64,000 nt of DNA from Methanotrichaceae archaeon (GCA_963748825.1 CAVVKN010000022.1:146056-210055), one strand, 5' to 3'; numbered from the stretch's first letter, positions 53,380 through 63,744 are shown. Translations and numbers: made by a program. The notes: generated from the sequence alone by a model not told the origin.

Positions 53380-53482
53380 AATTATTAGATCTCGATCTTT
53401 GCATATGAGGCTTGCCGGTGACTTGTTCGTATTCTAAAATACCTTTCGTCCTTTCGTGATGTACATGCCCTCCCGGTTTTGC

Positions 53483-53947
53483 TCAGGCCGGGACAGGCGT
53501 TGCCTCGGATCGATGCATGCTCTTTTCCATAGTTGCATCCAGGGCGGTGCGCATCTCCAGCTTTTGCGCCTCCTCGAAGCTGCCGTTTTCCAGGAGGTCT
53601 TCCATCATGCCGCTGAGGATGTCGTCCATGACCTCCGTCTTGAAGTAAAGCCGCTGCCTTTGCGCATAGTAGTAACTCATCTGCAGTTGCAGAACGGGAT
53701 TTGCAGCAGCCTGCTCATTATTGGCCAGGAGAGTGAGTTCATCGTCTGCCTTTCTGGCTTTGTCCTTGACCTTATTGTACTGGCCAAACCAGTTGAGAAT
53801 CGCTGAGGAGTCCAGCTTGGAGAGCTTGGGCATCATGCGCCCGAACCTCTGAGAGAGCTTGATCAGATCCTCGTTGGCAGAGCGAATGTCATCCTGATGG
53901 CGGGCAAGATCGGAAGCATACTTTGCAAATTCTGGGTTCTTGGACAT
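53483..53947 (-). CDS. Hypothetical alpha-helical protein
   Basis: ATG 53947 (MSKNPEF...); helical composition. Confidence 0.7.
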   Translation of the reverse strand: MSKNPEFAKYASDLARHQDDIRSANEDLIKLSQRFGRMMPKLSKLDSSAILNWFGQYNKVKDKARKADDELTLLANNEQAAANPVLQLQMSYYYAQRQRLYFKTEVMDDILSGMMEDLLENGSFEEAQKLEMRTALDATMEKSMHRSEATPVPA

Positions 53948-54055
53948 AGAACAACAAAGTACAGGGCAAATGATAAGGACTAGCCGCGCGGGGCGAAAGT
54001 GATCGGGCAAGAGGGAGTGCATTAATATCGAAGAAGATTTGCAGGAGAATATGAT

Positions 54056-54718
54056 ATGAGTAGCAGTAGTGATAAGATCTCACAGGTACGCCGTCTCTGC
54101 CATCAGCTCTGCTTCTCCTCTTGCGTCGAAGACAAGCGGCAGGGCCGCCATGTTGAGCTTCTGCGCCTGCGGCCTCACTGGTCCGTTTTAAAAAAGGAGG
54201 AGCAGATTGTCAAGATCGACCAGGGTGAGAAGGTCCCCTTCGACATCTCCCTGCCTCTGCCCGCCCGAGACGAGCGGGAGGGCTCCGACGCGGGGGTGGG
54301 TCTCTTTTGGGAGCGTTTCCAATGCCAGCAATGCGGCAGGTGCTGCTACACACCTGGAGCAGGCCTATACCTCGATAAAGAGGATTTTGAAAGGATCGCA
54401 GGGCACGTGGGAAAGAAGAAGCTAAAAGCCCTCTGCCGGTACAAAAAGGCCCTGCAGGCCTGGGTGCTGAGGCAGCCCTGTCCGTTTTATGACAAAGATA
54501 GAAAAGGCTGCTCCATCTACGAGATCAGGCCCCTTACCTGCACCAAGTACCCACTTCATCCGCCACTGCAAGAGATGCCCTACAACCTGGCCGTCGATGC
54601 CTTCTGCCCGGCAGCGCGCGTTCTGGCCAAGGATACCTTAGGCTGGTGGATCATCTGCGAGAACAACTGGGCAGCAATACTTCAAAAATTGGCACGCGAT
54701 CAGAACAGAAAGCCCTGA
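54056..54718 (+). CDS. YkgJ-family CxxCxxCC cysteine-cluster protein
   Basis: CQQCGRCC, PCPF, CSIYEIRPLTCTKYP. Confidence 0.88.
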   Translation: MSSSSDKISQVRRLCHQLCFSSCVEDKRQGRHVELLRLRPHWSVLKKEEQIVKIDQGEKVPFDISLPLPARDEREGSDAGVGLFWERFQCQQCGRCCYTPGAGLYLDKEDFERIAGHVGKKKLKALCRYKKALQAWVLRQPCPFYDKDRKGCSIYEIRPLTCTKYPLHPPLQEMPYNLAVDAFCPAARVLAKDTLGWWIICENNWAAILQKLARDQNRKP

Positions 54719-54760
54719 TGATTTCAATGCATTTTTGTTTAATGCATTCTGTTCACTGCA

Positions 54761-55582
54761 TCAGTTTTTGTTTAGGCCAAGTTCCTCTTTAAGCCATTCT
54801 ATTCGATCGGACCGTCCTTCTTCGTTGAGACTATAATGGTCCGCATTATACCATCGAATGGATTTCGGGACGCTACCCGCGTCATAATAATCCAGGAATT
54901 TCTGCTTGGGAAAAAAGACATCCTGAAGGCCATACTGAAAGAAGAGGGCCGTAGGTGCGGCACTTCTTATGTAGCGCATGGGGTCGATCGGTTCCATGAT
55001 CTTTTTATATTTTTCCAGCTCGCCTCCGGCAAGGTTGGGCATGTTCAGTTGGGCTACATCGGTGAAGCTTCCTACGCCCGCCATTAGCACGCTGGCTTTC
55101 ATCCTCTTGTCCACACCAGAAAGTATCCCTGCAAAAAGAGCGCCCAAACTGTGACCGACGAATGCTACCCGGTTAAAATCCACGCTTGGCAGCGAAGAGA
55201 TCAGATCAACGGCACGGCGCAGATCGATGGCAATCTCGATGAACCAGTCACGCACATCTTCCGGCCGTCCGCTGGCTCGTTTGCCAAACTCAGGTCCGTT
55301 GGCCCATGGTGCATCAATAAGCAGGCAGGTCACGTTTGCCTTTGCCAGAGTGAAAGCCTCATCCAAGAAAGAAGATCTGCTTCCTGGGCCCGGGTGCAGG
55401 AAGATGACTGCCCCAAATGGGCCTTTTCCAGGAGGGGCAACCAGATAAGCTCTGATTCGTCCGCCTTTTACGCCAGCATAACTGATATCGTGCACAGAGA
55501 CGCCGTTTAGATATTCAATGCCAGCTTCTTCTTGGTTTAGCGGGGCCTTCTGGTTGTAGGAAAATATCTCATCCATCAGCAT
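54761..55582 (-). CDS. Alpha/beta hydrolase
   Basis: GHSLG nucleophile elbow; D and H of the triad near the C-terminus. Confidence 0.88.
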   Translation of the reverse strand: MLMDEIFSYNQKAPLNQEEAGIEYLNGVSVHDISYAGVKGGRIRAYLVAPPGKGPFGAVIFLHPGPGSRSSFLDEAFTLAKANVTCLLIDAPWANGPEFGKRASGRPEDVRDWFIEIAIDLRRAVDLISSLPSVDFNRVAFVGHSLGALFAGILSGVDKRMKASVLMAGVGSFTDVAQLNMPNLAGGELEKYKKIMEPIDPMRYIRSAAPTALFFQYGLQDVFFPKQKFLDYYDAGSVPKSIRWYNADHYSLNEEGRSDRIEWLKEELGLNKN

Positions 55583-55587
55583 TAAAA

Positions 55588-56271
55588 TTAAAACATCTCC
55601 TTTTCATTCATGTAATTTATGATTTCAGCAAATCCGTTCCCGTATTCGGCCTTGGCTATGTAGTCGGAGATCTGCTTCAACTCTGGGCTGGCGTTGCCCA
55701 CAGAGGCCCGAAAGCCGGCCAACTGGTACATGGGCAGGTCGCTGTTGCTGTCGCCGATGGCGGCAAACTCGGACAGCTCGATTTGCATGCGCTCGGCAAT
55801 GCGGCGCAGGCCCGTGCCCTTATCGACCCGCTTGTCTTTGATATGCACCGCAAAGGTGGTATCTATGATATGCACGGGCAGGCCCAGCTCCTGGGCCCGC
55901 CTGGCGGCGGCTTTTACATCGAAGTTTCGTTTCAGGGCAATATCGGTAAATCTGTAGCGAGAGGAGCTGTATCTCTGCAGGGGAAATTCTGCTGCCAGCT
56001 TTTGGAAGGCATCCTCACAGACTTTCAGGTCCGCCAGGACCTCAATCTCATCATCGGAGTAGGATAGCACGCCACCGTTCTCGGCTATGAAGATGCGAGG
56101 CGTGCCCAGGAGAACACAAACCGTTCTGGTGAAGCAGTGGGAGTTGCCCGTGCTCAGCACCACCGGAACCTCAAGACTGCGCAGCGTCTGCAGGGCAGCG
56201 GGACAGAGCACTCGATTTTGGTCGCTCAAGGTGCCGTCGATGTCCACAGCTAGAGCGCGGATCATGGCCAT
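55588..56271 (-). CDS. Phosphoglycolate phosphatase (HAD IIB, SPP-like)
   Basis: DIDGTL, AENGG, DKGTG, GDSNSD. Confidence 0.92.
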   Translation of the reverse strand: MAMIRALAVDIDGTLSDQNRVLCPAALQTLRSLEVPVVLSTGNSHCFTRTVCVLLGTPRIFIAENGGVLSYSDDEIEVLADLKVCEDAFQKLAAEFPLQRYSSSRYRFTDIALKRNFDVKAAARRAQELGLPVHIIDTTFAVHIKDKRVDKGTGLRRIAERMQIELSEFAAIGDSNSDLPMYQLAGFRASVGNASPELKQISDYIAKAEYGNGFAEIINYMNEKEMF

Positions 56272-56519
56272 TGCCCTGAGCCTCTTGGCGGTTGGGAAAT
56301 CGTTCCGCTCTCTGCTCTTTCTACTACTTTCTCATCGATCTTCTCTTTCCAACGGATGTAATTGAGTGTAAAGTCTGACGCCTCCAAAGTATGACCATAG
56401 CCATTTCGGCACTAAAAAAAGTTTTCGTTATTTTGAAAATTATGTAGTGGCTTTGGGATCGGCTGTCCGAAAAAAAGTTAAGCGATTAATATATACCAAT
56501 AGATCTGGAGTTGGCAAAT

Positions 56520-58109
56520 ATGAAGAATGGAACGGTTCGCTCAATATTTCTATTGTCATTCTTGCTCATCATTTTATCTAGTACAGGTGTTCTTGCCGCG
56601 CCTGTGGAAAATATCAAGGACCAGGCAACTGTCGCCCTAGACGATAGCGGAACGAACTACAGAGCCGTGACCTATCCGTGCTATTTCGAGGGAATTGTGC
56701 GAGATACGGCGACAGGGACGCCCATCAAAGGAGCCAGCGTGACCTTTGTCAAAGAAGATAAGAGCAAATCCTGGACGGCGACTACATCCGATAGTGGGCG
56801 ATACCGCCGGGATCTTCCCGAGGGCAGGTACACCTACATCGCCACCCATTCCAATTTTATCATGCAATCCAGCTCTTCCCCAGTCGAGGTGCGGGCCCCT
56901 TACACCAAGAGAGTGCGAGGCGCTGGGGGCATTGTTCGTGAGATCACCATCAGTAACGAGAAATCCAAAGTTGTAGATATTAATATGAAAGCCCGGCCAA
57001 CTACTGTTCTTCTCGTTACCACTTCTCTCTTGAGCACGACTGCAGAACTTGATGAAGCCGTTTCTAGCTATACTGAAGTTGTCAGCCGCAAGGATGGGCT
57101 TTCTGCCCGCTACATTGTGCTCGACTCGGAAGATTGCCGGGCCGCGTACGGGGTGCGGCTGAGCAATCCAGGCAGTTGGGAAGAGATTAGAAATGCGCTG
57201 CACACAATCACAGATGAAACCGGGCCGTGCTACATCATCCTCCTGGGAGGGCCATCGGTGCTGCCCATGCCTCAAGTGGTCAATATAGATGGCAGTCCCT
57301 GGTACCTGCCGGCTGATGGCTGGTACATCGATTTTGACGGTAATGGTATCGTGGATGAGGGATTTGCCGTCAGCCGCATGCCGGACATCGCTACCGACTC
57401 TTCTGCCATTGTCAGTGCTCTGGAAACCGCCAGCGATATTCACGTGGCAGGGGGCTTTGGCATGATACCCGAGATGCTTCTGTCCACGCGGTGCTGGTAT
57501 GCCCCGCCTGTGGGGCTGGGTGACGCCTGCCGGGATGATGCACCCACATGCGGGCGGTGCTTCGCTACTCCGCCTTACGGAGTGTGCGATGAATGCGAGC
57601 GGAGTGATGAGCTGTTCAATTTGATGTCAGATAGTGATTACATCTTTATCATGGGGCACGGCAGCCCGGTGTCCTTCTCCACCAATGAACATCTCCCCAT
57701 TTTCAACCTGGAAAATGTGGCAGATGTAGATTTGCAGAGCAATCATCCTCTCATCTCCGGCTGGGTCTCCTGCAACACCGGCCAGCTCTACAATGACCGC
57801 CCCTCCTTTGCCACGGAGTTTCTCAGAGCCGGGGCGGCAGCCTTCCTGGCCCGAACTACGGATCGGGGAACGCCCAGTTATTTCGCCGAGAAATTCGAGC
57901 CCTACCTGAAGGGTGATAGCCCCTCGGGCCGCTACCGATTGGGCGATGCCCTGAGCGAGCTGATGAGAGAGGTCGTTCTCAGGAAAGGAGACGGCGAGAG
58001 GAGAGATACCATGCAGCTATGCATGTATGGAGATCCCACACTCAAGCGAGTCAGGTATGAACTTCCCGCCATGGGCGCTGTGGCTGCAGTAAGCCTGACC
58101 CCCAGGTGA
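56520..58109 (+). CDS. Secreted C25 (gingipain-like) cysteine peptidase with carboxypeptidase-regulatory-like domain
   Basis: Signal peptide, YIILLGG, VSRMP, GHGS, SCNTG, YGDPTL. Confidence 0.78.
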   Translation: MKNGTVRSIFLLSFLLIILSSTGVLAAPVENIKDQATVALDDSGTNYRAVTYPCYFEGIVRDTATGTPIKGASVTFVKEDKSKSWTATTSDSGRYRRDLPEGRYTYIATHSNFIMQSSSSPVEVRAPYTKRVRGAGGIVREITISNEKSKVVDINMKARPTTVLLVTTSLLSTTAELDEAVSSYTEVVSRKDGLSARYIVLDSEDCRAAYGVRLSNPGSWEEIRNALHTITDETGPCYIILLGGPSVLPMPQVVNIDGSPWYLPADGWYIDFDGNGIVDEGFAVSRMPDIATDSSAIVSALETASDIHVAGGFGMIPEMLLSTRCWYAPPVGLGDACRDDAPTCGRCFATPPYGVCDECERSDELFNLMSDSDYIFIMGHGSPVSFSTNEHLPIFNLENVADVDLQSNHPLISGWVSCNTGQLYNDRPSFATEFLRAGAAAFLARTTDRGTPSYFAEKFEPYLKGDSPSGRYRLGDALSELMREVVLRKGDGERRDTMQLCMYGDPTLKRVRYELPAMGAVAAVSLTPR

Positions 58110-58115
58110 ACTCTA

Positions 58116-58412
58116 ATGTTAATGGGAAAGAAAGCCAAGCCCGAGTCGCCGGAGGAGATGGCTCTGGTGCATCACGCCCTGGAAAGTCCCATTCGGAGGA
58201 ATATGATCATCCTCATGAATCAGGGGGTTTTGAGCGTGCCGGAGATTGCGGCAGCGGTGGGCGAGAAGATGCTCGACTACCATCTGCACCGCCTGGAGCT
58301 GGCCGGGCTGATCGAGCTATCGGAGGGGAAAATTGTGCTCACCGAGGCGGGAGTGGCCTACGGCGGGCTGGTGGCAAAGCAGAAAGATATGGGTGGGGCG
58401 GACAAGATCTGA
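58116..58412 (+). CDS. Winged-helix (ArsR-like) protein
   Basis: ALESPIRRNMI...LDYHLHRLELAGLI. Confidence 0.85.
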   Translation: MLMGKKAKPESPEEMALVHHALESPIRRNMIILMNQGVLSVPEIAAAVGEKMLDYHLHRLELAGLIELSEGKIVLTEAGVAYGGLVAKQKDMGGADKI

Positions 58413-58674
58413 AATCTCCTTTTTCCGGACGGCATCTTTGGGGATGCGACGACGCTTTTGCTTTCCAGGGCGGGAGCAGATAGGGCGGAGACAGGTGTTG
58501 GTTTGAGGGAATATTAGTATTATTTTGCGGCTTTGCTAGCAAGTCTTAAATTCAGGGCAACCATCTTTACAATCAATGCATTAACAATCCCAAAGTTAAT
58601 ATTATAAAATTTTTAACATATGATGATAAATTGAATACATAGTGAATTGACCCTGAATATTGCACGAGGAACAA

Positions 58675-61600
58675 ATGACTGGATTGACCTGGCTTCATCT
58701 TTCGGATTGGCACCAAGCAGAACAGAAATTCAATCGCAAAGTGGTTTGCGATGCCCTTATTAAGGATATAAAAACGAGAGGAGAAATAAATCCTCATTTG
58801 AGTAAAATAGATTTCGTTGTCTTTAGCGGGGATGCAGCCAACACCGGACAGCCAGATGAGTACAAGAAGGCAACCGAGGATTTATTTAAGCCTCTTTTAG
58901 AAGCCTGCCAATTGGGACAAGACAGACTTTTTATTGTCCCGGGCAATCACGACTTAGATCGAGATTTAATTCCTGCTGCGCTTTTGAAGCTTTTGAACTC
59001 CAATGAAGAAGTTGAGGCATGTTGGAGCGACGAAAGAAATAGAAGGCTGTTATCGCAACCGTTCCAGGCTTTTAATCGCTTTCTGACTGATTGCACCGGC
59101 CAAAAACCACCGGAATATTGCAGCGTTGCCTCATTCGTGATCGACGGCAGAAAAATAGACTTGCTAGGTATCAATTCCGCATGGATGTGTGCACGCCATA
59201 AAGACGAGGATGGGAAAATTAGCGATCAAGGATATCTCTGCATTGGTGAACCGCAGATCTATGAGTCTCTTGAGAATATCTCGGACTCTGATATCAAAAT
59301 TGCCGTACTTCACCATCCACTCGACTGGTTGACTCCATTCGATTCAAGCCGAAATGAGGTTCATTTAAAACGAAAATGCAATTTCATACTGCATGGTCAT
59401 GCCCATAAGCCTGGAGCATCAGCAATTAGAGATAATTTTGGCTATTATATCACAATTCCAGCAGGTGCTTGCTATGACAGAAGCATGCCCTCAAATTCAG
59501 ACTACACCTATTCGTACAATTATGTCCATTTGGATTTTGATACAGACAAAGGCTTTGTCTTTCTGCGTCGGTGGAGCGATTTAAACAGGGTTTGGCGGAA
59601 AGACGACGAGACATTTCCTCCAAATGGACAATTTCACTTTTCAATTTCGGGATCGGACAAACCTCCCATTCCCAGCCAAATCCCACCGCCCCCGCGTGAC
59701 TTCAAAGGCCGCGAAGAAGAGATCACGGACATCCTCTCCAACTTCGAAAAAGGAGCTACCATCACCGGCCTGCGTGGCATGGGCGGCGTGGGCAAGACCG
59801 CCCTGGCCCTGGTCCTGGCAGATAAAATCAAGAGCCAATTTCCCGATGGCCAGATCTTCGTAGATATGCGGGGAACAAGCAATAATCCGGAATTGCCTCC
59901 CCTGACACCCGCTGAGGCCATGGCTCAGGTCATCCGGGCCTACAATCCTGCTGATCGCCTGCCGGAAAACTCAAATGAACTGCGTGGTTTGTATCTCTCA
60001 ATTCTGGCTGGCAAACGTGCTCTCTTGCTGCTGGACAATGCCGCCGGCGGCGAGCAAGTGGAGCCTCTGCTGCCGCCCGCAGGCTGCGCCGTTCTAATCA
60101 CATCGAGAATTAAATTTGCCTTGCCCGGTTTGGCGGAAAAAGATCTGGACATTTTGCCTAAAGATAAAGCGTGCGAGCTTCTTCTTGAAATTGCCCCACG
60201 TATTGGCGATCGGGCCGAAGAGCTGGCAAAACGATGTGGCTACCTTCCTATTGCGCTACGCAATGCAGCCAGCGCTCTAGCTGAAAAACGGGATTTAAGC
60301 GTTCCCGAGTATGAAAGACTTCTGAAGGATAAGGTAGCACTGCTTAAATTAGTAGAAGGGTCCTTCAGCCTCAGCTATGACTCTGCTCACTCCCGGAAGA
60401 AAAAAGCAATGGCGGCGTTTATCGGTCTTTCCAGAAGATTTCGATCGCAATGCTGCGACTGCAGTTCTAAAGATGGCTCCAGATCCATCGGCAGAGGCTC
60501 TAAGCGATTTGGTGCGATGGAGCCTGGTGGACTTTGCTGCAATACCGGATTCTGAGGATGGTCGATACAAACTTCATGATTTGGCTCGTCTTTTCGCAGA
60601 ATCGTGTCTCGAACAAGATGAACTTGCCGATGCCCAGCAGAAACATGCCAAGTATTACTCGAAGGTGCTTTCTCAAGCTGAAAATCTCTATGAAAAAGGT
60701 GGGACGAATGTCTTAGCAGGACTCAAGCTTTTCGATCGTGAATGGGCCAATATCAAAGTTGGACAAGCCTGGGTTAAGAACATAATTCCAGTACTCCAGC
60801 AAATTGAAAAAGAGTGATTTGAAATCAGTCCTGCAATTGGCCAGCTCTTACGCGAACGATGGCGTCAACGTTTTGTCTTTGCGCCTGCATCCAAGGGATA
60901 AAATTGGCTGGCTTGAAACGGGCTTAAAAGCAGCAAAGATGATGGGGGATCGAAGCGCTGAAAGCGCCCATTTGGGCAACCTGGGGCTGGCCTACGCCGA
61001 TCTGGGCGAGACGCGCAAGGCCATCGGGTACTATGAGCGGGCCCTGAAGATCATCCGCAAGATTGGTGACAGAAGGGGCGAAGGAGCCTGCCTGGGCAAC
61101 CTGGGCAACGCCTACGCCGACCTGGGCGAGACACGCAAGGCCATCGAATACTACGAGCAGGCCCTGGCCATCTCACGCGAGATCGGGGACCGAAGGGGCG
61201 AAGGAGCTCACCTGGGCAACCTGGGCGGCGCCTACGCTGACCTGGGCGAGACTCGCAAGGCCATCGAGTACTACGAGCAGGCCCTGGCCATATCACGCGA
61301 GATCGGAGACAGAAGGGGCGAAGGAAATCACCTGGGCAACCTGGGCAATAGCCTACTCCGATCTGGGCGAGACGCGCAAGGCCATCGAGTACCACGAGCA
61401 AGCCTTGGCCATCTCCCGCGAGATCGGCGACCGAAGGGGCGAAGGGAGTCGCGCTGGGCAACCTGGGCGGCGCCTACGCCGATCTGGGCGAGACTCGCAA
61501 GGCCATCGAGTACCATCGAGCAGGCCCTGGCCATATCTCGCGAGATCGGCGACAGAAGGGGCGAAGGAGATCACCTGGGCAACCTGGGCCTGGCCTACGC

Positions 61601-62218
61601 CGACTTGGGCGAGACACGCAAGGCCATCGATTACCACGAGCAGGCCCTGGCCATCTCTCGTGAGATCGGCGACAGAAGGGGCGAAGGAATCCAGCCTGGG
61701 CAACCTGGGCCTGGCCTACGCCGCACTGGGCGAGACGCGCAAGGCCATCGAGTACCACGAGCAGGCCCTGGCCATCGCTCGCGAGATCGAGGACAAACGG
61801 AACGAAGGAGAATTACTCTGCAATTTAGGCAAAGCCTACCTGGACCTGAATGAAACCGACAAAGCCATCGAATACTGCACGCAGTCGCTGGACATCGTTC
61901 GCAAGATCGAATATCGGAAAATTGAGGGCGAAGCGCTCTGCATTTTGGGCAAAGCCTATTCTGATCTTGGCCAGATCGACAAGGCGATCGATCATTGCGA
62001 TCAAGCGCTGAAGATCTTCAAAAAGATGGAATATCGCCGGGGAGAGGGCGAGGCCCTCTTCACCAAGAGCCAGGCTCTGGACAAGCTCGGCCAGCGAACG
62101 GAAGCAGCATCCCTCGCAAATGAAGCCCTCCAGATCTTCCTGCAGATCGAAAGCCCCCACGCCGAAAAGGTCCGCCAGCAAGCTGGCCGAGTGGGGCGCG
62201 AGCCCGGAGGAGAATTAG
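58675..62218 (+). CDS. Metallophosphoesterase-NB-ARC-TPR (NLR/Avs-like STAND) protein, frameshifted in this assembly
   Basis: LSDWH, GD, PGNHD, HHP, HGHAH; Walker A GMGGVGKT, LLLLDNA, ITSR, GYLPIAL, LHDL; TPR array. Frame breaks near 60380, 60795, 61350, 61450, 61513, 61692 and 62180; stop TAG 62216-62218. Confidence 0.85.
60972..61815 (+). repeat. Seven tandem 120-bp TPR-coding repeats
   Basis: Units start at 60972, 61092, 61212, 61332, 61454, 61575 and 61696 with (C/T)TGGGCAACCTGGG; degenerate units follow. Confidence 0.95.
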
Positions 62219-62219
62219 C

Positions 62220-62957
62220 ATGCAAGTCATCTTTCTCGGCACCAACGGCTGGTACGACAGCCCCACCGGCAACACCATCTGCACCCTCATCAACTCCGAC
62301 AAGTACCACATCATCCTGGACGCCGGAAACGGCCTTTACAAAGCGGACCGCTACATCAAGGACGACCTGCCCGTCTTTCTCTTCTTAAGCCACTTCCACC
62401 TGGACCACATCGAGGGGCTGCACGTCCTCAGCAAGTTCCGCTTCAAAAGCCTCACCATCTTCGGCCAGAAGGGCACCAAAGCGGCCCTCAATACTATTAT
62501 CAACGAGCCCTTCACCGTCCCCCTGGACAAGCTGCCCTACCCGGTGGAGGTGCGCGAGCTGTCTCCGGGGCCCTACAAGCTGCCCTTCGCCCTGGACTGC
62601 CGCTTCCTGGTGCACGCCTCGCCCTGCCTGGGCTATCGCTTCGATCTGGACGGCAAGATCATCACCTACTGCCCGGACACGGGAGTATGCGAGAACGCCG
62701 TGCTCCTGGCTGCGGATGCCGACCTGCTCATTGCGGAATGCGCCCACCTGCCCGGCGAAGAGAACCCGGCGTGGCCGCACCTCAATCCGGAAGATGCCGC
62801 AGACATCGCCCGGCAGGCGAAAGCCAAACGGCTGGCCCTCACCCACTTCGATGCAGGACGGTACACGAGCCTGCAAATGAGGCGTGAGGCTGTGGCGACG
62901 GTAGGGGACTTTCCAGGAATTGTGGTGGGAGAGGACGAGCTGGTGCTGCAGCTTTAG
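62220..62957 (+). CDS. MBL-fold hydrolase (RNase Z/BN-like)
   Basis: FLGTNGW, DAGNG, SHFHLDH, PDT, LTHF. Confidence 0.9.
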   Translation: MQVIFLGTNGWYDSPTGNTICTLINSDKYHIILDAGNGLYKADRYIKDDLPVFLFLSHFHLDHIEGLHVLSKFRFKSLTIFGQKGTKAALNTIINEPFTVPLDKLPYPVEVRELSPGPYKLPFALDCRFLVHASPCLGYRFDLDGKIITYCPDTGVCENAVLLAADADLLIAECAHLPGEENPAWPHLNPEDAADIARQAKAKRLALTHFDAGRYTSLQMRREAVATVGDFPGIVVGEDELVLQL

Positions 62958-63237
62958 GTTGGTAGGGAGTGAAGGGAACTGGGCAAAGATCACCTTTTTG
63001 CATCCTTTGCGCTTTGGTGTCTTTGTGATGGTGATAATATAAAATTCAGGTCCAACCATCACACTGTAATTATTTGTTTGTTAATAACGTATTCTACCAA
63101 TTTTAATTGTAAGCAAAGTTATAAATATCATTGAAAGATATTATCTAATAAGTACAGATTTATCTGGAAAATCCAAAAATATGAAGAGCACCAGCTAAAC
63201 GAGAATGGGAATTATAAGTTATTGGAAGTAGGCGTTA

Positions 63238-63744
63238 ATGTCAGAAAAAGCCTTTAGTTCTGCGAGCATCTTGATTGCGGAAGATGACGAATCAAACCGG
63301 AAAGTAACCTCTGCCATACTCAAACATTTGGGCTACCGAGCCGATGCCGTATCTAATGGCAGAGAGGCGCTACTGGCCTTGAAACGTCAGCATTATGATA
63401 TAATTTTGATGAACTTGAGGATGCCGGAGATGGACGGCTTACAGGCAACTCGACTGATTCGGGAGCTCTGTCCTCCCTCGGTCCAGCCAAAGATCATAGC
63501 ACTTACTGCTTTTATTCTTCCTAACAGCAGAGAAACATGTCTTGAAGCGGGAATGAATGACTTCATACCAAAGCCCGTGAAGATGAATGATCTGGCCAAA
63601 ATATTGAGCAAACATGTACGAATCCTTGAGAGGCAAACTGCATTTATGCGATCGCATGCAGAGGCGTTTAAGACCCTTGACTCTCTGCCGAAGAGAGGAA
63701 AACCTATTTTGCCTTTTAAGCAAAACCATTACTTAAAAAATTAG
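63238..63744 (+). CDS. Stand-alone receiver-domain protein with Asn at the phospho-acceptor site
   Basis: ILIAEDD, YDIILMNLRMPEMDG, IIALTA, FIPKP. Confidence 0.88.
   Translation: MSEKAFSSASILIAEDDESNRKVTSAILKHLGYRADAVSNGREALLALKRQHYDIILMNLRMPEMDGLQATRLIRELCPPSVQPKIIALTAFILPNSRETCLEAGMNDFIPKPVKMNDLAKILSKHVRILERQTAFMRSHAEAFKTLDSLPKRGKPILPFKQNHYLKN

Noticed and set aside
60972-61815. Possible CRISPR array
   Set aside because: Units are 120-bp codon-phased TPR repeats with no unique spacers and no cas genes
58675-62218. Programmed frameshifting or phase variation in the NLR-like gene
   Set aside because: The indels are not in slippery homopolymers or SSRs; consensus error or allele mixing is more parsimonious
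61063-62388. 441-aa ORF with WATWA repeats
   Set aside because: Off-frame reading of the TPR repeats produced by the indels
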